Of a stretch of 64,000 nt of DNA, positions 55,508 to 64,000 are shown one piece after another. Below the pieces are notes generated by a model. The model saw only the letters and a list, made by a program, of their open reading frames with translations, was not told the origin of the DNA and did not search any database. Source of the stretch: an uncultured delta proteobacterium (GTDB lineage Bacteria > Myxococcota_A > Polyangia > Polyangiales > Polyangiaceae); assembly GCA_963716725.1 (NCBI GenBank), contig CAVQUB010000009.1, positions 343,682-407,681 of the forward strand. Reading direction: 5' to 3'. The position numbers were made by a program, and so were the translations under genes. The stretch's first letter is position 1, and each line of letters opens with the position of its first letter.

Positions 55508-56824
55508 CTACTTCTTCACCCGGCGCCACTGCTGCGGGCGCTTGTTGTAGGCGTTCACTGCTTCGATGTCCCCCGAGTATTCTTCGAACTGACTGAGCGC
55601 GCCATTGACGATCTCGATCGCCGGCTTTGGCACCGATTCGACAGCGGTTGGGATGATGAACAGCGCGCCTTCGACGTCTTCGCCAGAGTCACGGTGCGAT
55701 CCGAAGAGCACGCCAAGCACTGGGATCTCGCTCAGGATGGGCAGGCCGCGGATGTCGTGGCGACGGTTCGTCGAGCGGATCCCCGAGAGAACCAAGGACT
55801 GGCCCAGCTTCAGCCGCACCAGCGTCTTCAGCTTGGAGATGTTGCGCCCAGGCAGGTTGGTGGACTCGATCGGAGGGGTCAAATCCGAGACGTCTGCGTC
55901 GACCTGGATCTCGAGCTCCCCGGTCTGTTCGTCGAGGCGCGGCAGCACCTCGACCTTGGTGCCAAAGGTGATCTCTTTGATGTTCGCGCTGAGCCCGGAG
56001 GAAATCGGGAAGTTCTGCTCCCCACCGGACTCCCAGAGGGCCTTGGTGCCGTTCACGGTGATGACCGTGGACTGCTTGAGCACCTTGGCCCAGCCACGAC
56101 GCGAGGCGATGTCGAGGGCTGGCAGCGGTTGGCTCACCACCGACGCTTCGGCGGTGGTGGTGGTGCCGGCCAAGAAGTCGTAGGTGAACTGACTCTCGAC
56201 CACACCCGGACCGCCGATGCGTCCCGGCCAGTCGACGCCGACGGCATAGCCCGAGGTCTTGTCGTAACGAATGAAGAAGAAGTCCAGGCGGATGTTGACC
56301 TTGCGATCCGCGACGCCTCCGCCGCCGGCGACGACCAGCGACTCGACCTGCCCGGGGTAGAGCGCTGCTATCTTCTCGATGCGTTTGGCATCGCCCTCGC
56401 TGGCGACGCCGCCTTCGATGAAGAAGCGCGCGCCGACCCGCCGGACCCGGACGCCGGGCATCTCTCCGAGCAGCTGCGACAGCTCTCGCCGCACCGCGTC
56501 CGGCGATCGCGCGAACACGTTGATCACCCAAGTGACCGTTGAGTCATCCTTGTTGATCAAGAGCAGGGTGGTGGTGCCCGGCTTCTTGCCGGCGACGACG
56601 AACTTGGCGTTGTCGGTCGTCAGCTTGACCTCGACGATGCCTTTGACGCCTTCCGAGTAGTTCTTCACCCCCCCGGCGGGGATGGTCTTGTTCTCGCCGA
56701 CCACGAGCGTGAGCTCGTTCTGCCCTTCGGCGTCGGGGGAACCCGTCGTGCCTTCGTCTTGGGCCCAGGCCGGGGCCGCAGCGAGCACCAGGCTTGCCGC
56801 GAGGAGAAATACTATGGGCTTCAT
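55508..56824 (-). CDS. cpaC: Tad secretin RcpA/CpaC
   Basis: Signal peptide AWA; GKKPGTTTLL N-domain; GLPILSEIPVLGVLFGS secretin motif. Confidence 0.9.
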   Translation of the reverse strand: MKPIVFLLAASLVLAAAPAWAQDEGTTGSPDAEGQNELTLVVGENKTIPAGGVKNYSEGVKGIVEVKLTTDNAKFVVAGKKPGTTTLLLINKDDSTVTWVINVFARSPDAVRRELSQLLGEMPGVRVRRVGARFFIEGGVASEGDAKRIEKIAALYPGQVESLVVAGGGGVADRKVNIRLDFFFIRYDKTSGYAVGVDWPGRIGGPGVVESQFTYDFLAGTTTTAEASVVSQPLPALDIASRRGWAKVLKQSTVITVNGTKALWESGGEQNFPISSGLSANIKEITFGTKVEVLPRLDEQTGELEIQVDADVSDLTPPIESTNLPGRNISKLKTLVRLKLGQSLVLSGIRSTNRRHDIRGLPILSEIPVLGVLFGSHRDSGEDVEGALFIIPTAVESVPKPAIEIVNGALSQFEEYSGDIEAVNAYNKRPQQWRRVKK

Positions 56825-56826
56825 CG

Positions 56827-57600
56827 TCACTTTGCCTTCAACTCGACGGGGCCCATCTTGCGTGCCCCTTGGATGGTAGTTCGGATGACCTTGTCCTCGA
56901 GGGCTGACGACGGCATGTCGGGGATGCCCTCTTGCATCGTCTGATCGTCCGGGTTGCGCAGCGCTACCAACAGCTTTCCGCGCTCGGCGGCCAGCGACAA
57001 CAGCTGCGCTTCCTGGAGGCTGACGCTCAAGGTGAGCACCATGTCGCGCCGCTCGCCCTTGGTGTCGGTGATCTTCTCCGGTGCGGTCTCGAGCCCGACG
57101 GCGAGAGCCAGGACCTTCTGCAACAGCACGACCGCATTTCGCTTGTCGGCCTCGCCGGGCATGCTGGCGATGACGTCCACGTAGTCGCCGGGCTGGATCA
57201 TCGCGAAGCTCTTGTCGCCGCTCTCTGCGACGATGGACACCGCGCGCGCGCCGGGCTGGACCAGGGAGCTCAGGTCGCGTCGCTCGTCGGCCGCGATGGC
57301 CAGATCCGTCCACATCAGGGTCTGGCTCGCCTCCACCTTGGTCCCCACCCGGAGCCCGACGACCTTCGGCTTCTCGACGGCCTTGACCGCGCGATCCTCG
57401 ACGTAAGCCAGGGGGACTTCACGGGTAGTGAGCGACTCCTCGTCGATGGCTGAACCCGGCTCGATGGCCTTGACCGCCATCAAGAGACGGACACGCTCGC
57501 CGCCCGACGCCTCCTGCTCGAAGCGCGACAGGTACAGCAGGAGCAGCAGGACGCCGATCACGCCGACCGCGAGCGAAATGAGCAACGCCCTTTTGTTCAT
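56827..57600 (-). CDS. cpaB: Flp pilus assembly protein CpaB/RcpC
   Basis: SAF-like domain, PGARAVSI, IQPGDYVDVI, LLQKVLALAVG, ALRNPDD. Confidence 0.92.
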   Translation of the reverse strand: MNKRALLISLAVGVIGVLLLLLYLSRFEQEASGGERVRLLMAVKAIEPGSAIDEESLTTREVPLAYVEDRAVKAVEKPKVVGLRVGTKVEASQTLMWTDLAIAADERRDLSSLVQPGARAVSIVAESGDKSFAMIQPGDYVDVIASMPGEADKRNAVVLLQKVLALAVGLETAPEKITDTKGERRDMVLTLSVSLQEAQLLSLAAERGKLLVALRNPDDQTMQEGIPDMPSSALEDKVIRTTIQGARKMGPVELKAK

Positions 57601-57762
57601 GCAGAAGCCTCAGTATCGCCGCGTTCTGCTAGAGATGAAATCCTCCAGCCAGCCTTCATGGCGACAGGTTTAGCACGCCGGATGCTGGACCCAGGACGCG
57701 AAAACCGGCGCCGAGGTCGGTCCCGGTCGCACGCGCGCCCACTGCACGGACTGGCAGGAAGC

Positions 57763-58735
57763 TCAGAACCCGCGGGTTTCCAGCGCCGACACCAGGGTGC
57801 GGTCGCCGTCTTGGTCCGCAACCACCACGACATCGACGCCGCCGCGGCTGAAGTAACGCGCCTGGGGCGCGTCCTCTCCGACGAAGACCTGCTCGTAGCC
57901 CTTGGCCACCATGTCCTTCTCGTAGCCGGCCAGGATCTCCTTCGAGGAGGCCTTCGACTCGTACACGCGGATACCGTGGGGACGGCCCTCGGCGGAGGCG
58001 GACAGGTAGCGGACAGAGTTGGGAGGCCGCGAGATGTTGACGGAATCGGCACCCGGAGCGTCCGCGCCCTCGGTCGGCGGCACCATCGCGGTGACCTTGA
58101 ACGATCCGTCCGTCCAGACCGTGAGCACGTGCGTGTGTCCGCTCTCGAGCTTGCGCACGTAGGCGTAGCGGAGGTGACCAACCTCTGCGAGGTCCCAAGA
58201 CTCCGCGAAGGCCGTGAAGCCATCCCAGAAGGGCCGCTTTCCGTTCTTGGGATCCCTCACCGCACAGGCGATCACGCCGTCGTCCTTGGTCTCCTGGCGC
58301 AGCACGCCGAAGTTGAGCCGCGAGGCTTCTTTGGCCAGCGTCGGATCCCCGAGCACGCCCTGCACCTCGCGCAGATCCCGGGGAACCACGCCCTCCTCCT
58401 TGCAAAGCGCCTCGAATCTGTCGAGCACCTGACCCGATGGACAAGTCGGTGGTCGCGCTGGAGATATCCAGGGCTTGCCCGTTGAGCAGCAGGCGCTCCG
58501 AAGACTTGGTGAACTCGCCGAGCTTCGCCAGCTGACGCCCGGTCACCAACGCTTGCTCCGAGACGCTGCCGTGGGCCGAACGGGCCGCGAGCCCGGCGCC
58601 CACCAGCGAGATCACCGTCAGGGTGGCACCGACTCGCAGCACGCCGCGCACGCGGGGCGAAAACGCGACGCCCAGTACGCGGCGGGGCATCTGCCACCAG
58701 GAACGGCTGACTCGTCTTTCGTCGTAGGAAGCCAT
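57763..58735 (-). CDS. Hypothetical exported protein in the Tad locus (frameshift near 58430)
   Basis: Signal/TM segment then LLLNGQ...; two consecutive frames join into one ORF. Confidence 0.6.
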
Positions 58736-58745
58736 CTCGTCCTCG

Positions 58746-59277
58746 TCAGATCAGGCTCGAGATGAGCGCGCCGATCGCCCCGGCGCCCAACGCGATCAAG
58801 AAGTACTTCTTGCCGTTGTCGTTCTTCTTGGGCTCGTTGCACCGCATGTGCATCTTGCCGACCATCGTGTAGGTATTGCCGCCGATCACATTGGGGAACT
58901 TGGCGTCCCGTTGCTTGGTGATGGTCGGGTACCCCGAGTCCTTGAAGACGTCGTTGCCCGAGTCCGAAGCTCGACCCGCCCTGCTCTTGGGCGCCGCTGA
59001 TGTCCGGCGCGGCGCCCGAGTTGGAGTCCCCGGTGTTCTGCGCGACGTCACTCATCACGTCGCCACCGCCGCTGCAGCCGTACTGAATGGTCTGCTGCCA
59101 GGCGGCGACGCGGGTCTCGTCCATCACGCCGATCTTGGCCTTCTGGAAGCTCACCGCCGCCCACAGGCAGGCGAACTGGATCACCATGAAAGCCGCGATG
59201 ATGGCCGACTCGGTCATAGCCGCGCCCCGGCGCCGGCGCCGGGCCCGGGCCCGCTGGAGTACGTCTCGAGAGTTCAA
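58746..59277 (-). CDS. TadE/TadF-like pseudopilin (frameshifted)
   Basis: Prepilin cleavage site RRRG|AAMTE followed by a hydrophobic helix. Confidence 0.7.
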
Positions 59278-60925
59278 TGGATGATCTCCCATGATGGCAT
59301 GACCCAACCGTCGACCATGGAGTCGACACCCTTACCCGCGGCGCCCACGACCGTGTCCTTGAGCTTGTCGGCGAGCTTGTCGTAGAGGTCTTTGCCGAGC
59401 CCGCCCAGGATGATGCTGGTGCCGCCGTTGACCGCGCCGTCGATGAACTTGGTGTCGACGTACTTCTTCATCACGTCGAAGAGCTTGCCGATGCCGAGCT
59501 GACCCAGGTTGATGCCACCGACCGCGAAGCGCCGCAGGCGCGCGCGCCAGTACATCTTCCACATGCAGTCCTTCTTGAGGTCGGACCACGTCGCCCGAGT
59601 CGTCGAAGTAGAACTCGGCCTGTGCGAAGCGCCAGTTGCCCCAGCCGGCGTCGACCTTGGGCATCTGCCCGGTCTTGGTCGCGACGGCGATGCCCTTGTC
59701 CAGGGTCCGCGGCCACTTCTCGTCGCCGCCCGTGAAGCCAAAGACCTGGAACCAGATCGAGCCGTGGTCGGCACCCTCCCAGATGTCCTTGGGCGTCTTG
59801 TTCTTGGTGTTCGACATGCCCCCACCCGCAGGGTCGAAGCCCGTCTCTTTCTGCTTGTCGTCGGCGGCCTTCTTGCCGTCTTTCTTGCAGTTGGCGGTGT
59901 TGAACTCCGACAGGCCGCCGCCGAGGTCCGTGCAGTATTTGGAGATGCACGGGGTCGCCTTGTCTTTGTCGACGTCTCCGGTGCACTGCGGGTAGGTCTT
60001 GCCGTCACCGTTCTTGGCGGCGCAGTCCTTCTTCTGATTCGAGCAGCTGTTGTTCACCTGCTCGTTGATCTTGTTGTCCATGACGTCTTGGATGTCGCTG
60101 GCACCCGCGCCGCCGCAGAAGTAACCGCTGAAGGTCCCGGCGATGGCGCCCGCCGCCCAGTGCAGGGGCGTGCGCACAAAGGACGGTGATCCAAGAGAAT
60201 CCGTGCTCGACCGCGAGCTCCGCCGACTTCTCGCAGAAGTCGTCCCACTCCATGTCCTGCACGGGCAGGCCGAGCTTCTTCGTGGAGGGCACGAAGGGCA
60301 CCATCGACGGGCTGATGGCCATGCCGCTGGTGACGAGCGGCTTGTACGTCTTGGAGACTTTGTTGCCCTTGTAGGCGCCCACGTAGGGCGTGGTCATCGC
60401 CACGACCTTCTCGAAGGCGCTGAGCACCGGCAAGACCTTGTCGAGGATCTTCTCGTACTTGTTCGCTCCCTTGACCAGGCCTTGCTCGCACTTGACCATG
60501 GTGGACATGGCCGCGGCGCAGACCGGCGAGAGCGGGCAGAAGATGGTGGCGGCCATGCAGATACCGCAGGCCACGATGGCGATGCCCAGCATCACAATCA
60601 GCATCCGCATCATGATCAGCACGGCCGAGCAGCGCAGCCATGATCAGGTTGATGAAGACGATGATGTTCATCCCGCGCGCATGCACGCCGGCGGAGGTGT
60701 AGGCGACCGCGTCGGCGGCATCTTGCAAGCGCTCGCGGTACACGATCGCGTTGCCCATGCCGATCAGTAGAAGACGCCGGCCGCGAGCAGCGCCGCCATG
60801 AAGACGCCCGCGATCATGATCGCGCCGCTCTGGTCGCTGGCCAAATGGCCGCGGTCGGCCCCGCAACGCTTCATGCGCCGCTTCGGGGGCACCACCCAGA
60901 GCAGGAAGCGGTCAAGGATAATCAT
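59274..60925 (-). CDS. tadG: TadG-like large minor pilin/tip protein, Cys-rich (several frameshifts)
   Basis: DQSG|AIMIAGVFMA, RLQDAADAVAY..A..HARGMN Tad motif; multi-Cys C-terminal region. Confidence 0.72.
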
Positions 60926-61431
60926 AGTCCGCTCCATGAACGACCATCTTCGACTCGGCGCCATGGTGGTGATGCCCGAAAGCCGCAGATCACCTTGTCG
61001 GCCACTGGCAGACGACAGCGGTAGGGGACCTCGACGCGGACGATCACGACCTCGTCGCGATTGAACTTCTTCTTCTCTTGCCGTCGGCCCCGCGCAGCGT
61101 GACCTGCGCGAGCGGCCACAGCAGGCTGCGGTTGCCGCCGAGGCCCATCTGGACGGCGCGCTCGATGGCTTCTTTGCGCTTGCCCTTCGCCTCACCAATG
61201 CCCGGCCTTGTCGTAGGTCTTGGGATCGTCGGGTAGCACCACCGCGGCAGCTCGAGCGCCGAGGTACGCGGCGTTCATGGTGACCAGCTTGCCGGCGTAG
61301 ATACCGACCGACTGCATCAGGCACCAGAAGCCGAAGAAGATCGGGAAGAACGCACCGAGGAACTCGACGTAGACGGCGCCCCGCTTGTCCTTTCTCAGGC
61401 CGCTGGGCGGCTGACGGCTGGGACGGCTCAC
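60912..61431 (-). CDS. tadE: TadE-family pseudopilin (frameshifted)
   Basis: DKRG|AVYVEFL, NAAYLGARAAAV. Confidence 0.8.
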
Positions 61432-61478
61432 GCTGGTTCCTCCTTTCGACTGACTCTGAAATCCAGCTTACGTTTTCT

Positions 61479-62024
61479 TCAGACCCTCCAGTGCAGCAGC
61501 AGCGCAATGAGGGTCGCTACGAATATCGAAGGCCCGAATCTGAGCTGCGACATCATCTCCGTCGTCAACTCTCGCCGCTTGTCCTTCGGAACGAAGACGT
61601 TGCGTACGAGCAACAGCGTGTTTCCGAGGGTCTTGAGCAGCTTGCCTTCGTAGGCCAACCACACTGGGGCGTAGAGCGCGGCAACGATGAAGGAGTACAT
61701 CTCCATTTCGATGCCGACCATCGGTCTGAGTATCGCTCCCATGGCCCCGAGTAGTTTGACGTCACCTCCTCCAATCGCTCCGGAGCGATACAAAAAGATG
61801 GGTATCGCCCCGCATGTGATCACTCCCAAGATCGAGAACCCGAATCCCTGTCCCGCCGCGCTCCACCCCTCTCTCGCCAGGCCGAAGCCCGCATGAGCGA
61901 GCGGCGCCAGCGCCAGGGGTCCGAAACTCAGCCAGTTGGGGATTTCGCCGGTTCGCCAATCGAACCAGGCTGCCAGGGCCGCCACGAGAACTGCGGCAAG
62001 TAGAAAGTATTGCTCGCCGTACAT
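61479..62024 (-). CDS. cpaA: Prepilin peptidase CpaA/TadV (A24 family)
   Basis: WFDWRTGEIPN and IGGGDVKLL catalytic Asp motifs. Confidence 0.92.
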   Translation of the reverse strand: MYGEQYFLLAAVLVAALAAWFDWRTGEIPNWLSFGPLALAPLAHAGFGLAREGWSAAGQGFGFSILGVITCGAIPIFLYRSGAIGGGDVKLLGAMGAILRPMVGIEMEMYSFIVAALYAPVWLAYEGKLLKTLGNTLLLVRNVFVPKDKRRELTTEMMSQLRFGPSIFVATLIALLLHWRV

Positions 62025-62084
62025 TCTCGAGGCCCGTCGCGGCGCGCCGAGTCACGAGGTCTCGACGCGCCTCCAACGACCCTA

Positions 62085-62252
62085 TCAGAGTCCCTTGATG
62101 ATCGTGGCCTTCTCGTCCGTCTTGCTCTGCAAGTTGGTGCCGAAGGTGCGGAAGGCAGCGATTGCGATCAACGCGATGACGGCCACCACGATGATGTACT
62201 CGACCATGTTGGCGCCGCGCTTGTCTTGAATCAGACGACGAATCTTGTCCAT
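62085..62252 (-). CDS. flp: Flp major pilin
   Basis: DKRG|ANMVEYIIVVAVIALIAI, 55 aa; GAGG SD. Confidence 0.92.
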   Translation of the reverse strand: MDKIRRLIQDKRGANMVEYIIVVAVIALIAIAAFRTFGTNLQSKTDEKATIIKGL

Positions 62253-62299
62253 GTGCTTTACCTCGTGTCCTGTCCGGTTCGCCGGTTGGGGTCTTGGTT

Positions 62300-62497
62300 T
62301 CAGGGGAAGGGTGAGAGAATGATGGCCTGGGAGCGCTCGTAGTTGGCTACCAGGCTCGGGCCGAGCCCGAGAATCGCCGCAGCGAACCCGATGCAGACAG
62401 TCCCGAGGAGTACGACGTACTCCGTCATGATGGCGCCCCGGCGGCTCTCGGCCAGGGTGCTCAGACGGCGTCGGCGACTGGTGGGGGTGGGCTGCAT
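62300..62497 (-). CDS. flp: Second Flp-like pilin
   Basis: SRRG|AIMTEYVVLLGTVCIG, 65 aa. Confidence 0.8.
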   Translation of the reverse strand: MQPTPTSRRRRLSTLAESRRGAIMTEYVVLLGTVCIGFAAAILGLGPSLVANYERSQAIILSPFP

Positions 62498-62554
62498 CGG
62501 CTTCGTGGGTGGTGTCGTTCCCGAGCTCTCCGACACTCCTGACCACATGTACGA

Positions 62555-62645
62555 AAGCTAGCAGCCTGCCTTCCCCTCGCGCAACACGAAATCGACTGGA
62601 AGGTATTGATTTTTTTGATGATTTTGCCGTCAGCGTCAAAAAATT
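62555..62645 (-). promoter_or_regulatory. Candidate promoter and operator upstream of the flp/tad operon
   Basis: AT-rich inverted repeat TTTTTTGATG-N13-CGTCAAAAAA (62611-62643); TTGCGC-N18-TAGCTT and an overlapping GG-N10-GC. Confidence 0.45.
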
Positions 62646-62759
62646 ACAGCCCCCTTGCGGCCTCTTCCGGCACCCTCGAAATGTTGCGGCGAGACCACCC
62701 GGCCGGCGGCCGGTCGATCACGCTTTCATCCGCCGGCTCATCCCCCGCGGCGTGTTCGC

Positions 62760-63427
62760 TCAGAGCGGCGTCGGACCTTTGGGCTTGGCCCGGCCCCCGC
62801 GGACCTTCTTACGTTCGACCTTGAACTTCTGATCGAAGACGAAGACGTCATCCGCCTGTTTCACTTCGAAAGTGGCGGTCGGGCTCTGGGGACGCAGGTC
62901 CTTGGCTCCGTCGGTGTCCGTCGAGATCGCCAGCTGAAACACCTGATTCGGTGGGACCTCGAGGAACACGTGGGCGGCGCCGGACACGTCGGTCCGCGCG
63001 ACCTCGCGTCCCAGATACATGACCGCGAAGGTTCGGGCCGGAATCCGCTCGCACTGCAACCACGACCGCGCGCGACGACTTCGGGCAGTCGACCTGGTAT
63101 TCGGGGCGTTGCGCCGGATCGCTGGTGTTTCGAAGGACGACGCAGACGGGCTTCGCCGGACTCTGGTAGCCCATCGGGCACTTCAACGGTCAGGTCGTAG
63201 ACTTCGCCTTCGGCGCCCTTCAGTCGGAAGTTCACCAGACCTGCGTCATCGGTGACGCCGATCTTCTTCTGCTTGTACCAGACGTCGGCGCCCTTGAGCG
63301 GCGGCCCGGGATCTCCGAATACCTTGACTCGCGCCTCGAAGGGTTTGGGCTCGGGCCGCTTGAGCAGGTTGCAGCCGAACTGCGACGCCGCCAAGAGCAC
63401 CGCGACGATCCCGATCAGGCGCGTCAT
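62760..63427 (-). CDS. Hypothetical lipoprotein with Ig-like/carboxypeptidase-regulatory-like repeats (frameshift near 63185)
   Basis: Lipobox QFGC; IGVTDDAG and VARTDVSG duplicated motif. Confidence 0.6.
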
Positions 63428-63428
63428 C

Positions 63429-64000
63429 TCAACGATGATACCACCGACCGAAGGGGGTTCCACCCGCGTCACTGTGCGCCCCCACCCCTTCGGGTATGCC
63501 CCTCCGGGCACTTTCAAGGATTGTCGCGAAGCGCGTCCTCCGGGGAGTTCCCGGGGTCGTCCCCCTCCGGGGACTTCCCGGGGCGTACAGGGGATTGCCG
63601 GCCACCAGCCACGGCAACTCGGGAGAAATACCGGCGGCCACCCGGGCATCGAGGACGCGACCGAGGTCCCCGAGATCCAAGACCTTGGTGTCGAGACCCG
63701 CTCCCCGGGCGAACAGCCAGTAGGTGTTGCCCGCAGCTCGGCTCTGCGCGTCCGAGACGACGAAGATTACGCGCCTTCCCCCGGACTTTGCGTAGACCGC
63801 GGCGCTACCGGCGGACCAGAGCCCGGGCCCCGCTGCCACCAGCGCGACGCGGCTGAAGAACGTCGGCTCGAGCCGCGCGATCTCCAGGGCGTGCTCCGCC
63901 CCCGCTCCGAACGCGGCGAGGACCACGGGCCCGCTCGCGCCACGGGCCCGAAGCGGGCCTTCAAGGCCTTCAGCGCCCCGCGCAGCTCCGTCTCGACCTC
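63429..64000 (-). CDS. Hypothetical alpha/beta-hydrolase-like protein, 5'-truncated by window edge
   Basis: VVLAAFGAGAEHAL...FSRVALV resembles a nucleophile-elbow region but has no Ser. Confidence 0.45.
   Translation of the reverse strand, partial: GRDGAARGAEGLEGPLRARGASGPVVLAAFGAGAEHALEIARLEPTFFSRVALVAAGPGLWSAGSAAVYAKSGGRRVIFVVSDAQSRAAGNTYWLFARGAGLDTKVLDLGDLGRVLDARVAAGISPELPWLVAGNPLYAPGSPRRGTTPGTPRRTRFATILESARRGIPEGVGAHSDAGGTPFGRWYHR

Overview
A GC-rich bacterial window that looks like Myxococcota, probably Polyangiaceae-like (inferred from gene content and protein style, not from a database search). It has four parts. (1) 1-17.2 kb: housekeeping and envelope genes, including an L,D-transpeptidase, a TerB-like protein, a UbiB kinase, a stand-alone F0 operon atpZ-I-B-E, beta-barrel proteins, a metallophosphoesterase, rdgB, two histidine kinases, an Fe-S protein and an acylphosphatase. 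(2) 18138-21395: an intact three-gene TGT...ACA transposon (Zn-finger protein, DDE transposase, AAA ATPase) with a 6-bp target duplication, splitting an NAD-dependent epimerase gene; a TARG1/DarG-type macrodomain gene follows. (3) 22.5-46.6 kb: the str-S10-spc-alpha ribosomal cluster on the minus strand. It lacks rplC and map and carries an EF-Tu with a non-canonical switch I. It is broken between rpsS and rplV by a ~5.3-kb block containing two Cys-rich lipoproteins, an N-terminally truncated MurE + NlpC/P60 + serine hydrolase operon and an IS5 scar, with a terminator after rpsS and a candidate promoter plus structured leader before rplV. (4) 46.7-62.5 kb: a large Tad/Flp pilus locus resembling the myxobacterial Kil predation apparatus, with two CpaF ATPases (one FHA-fused), two membrane proteins with degenerate FHA domains (one with prion-like GAQQPGGY repeats), two Flp pilins and three pseudopilin/tip proteins. 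Many conserved genes carry frameshifts that are most likely assembly or polishing errors, so their boundaries are approximate. No rRNA, tRNA or CRISPR array was seen.
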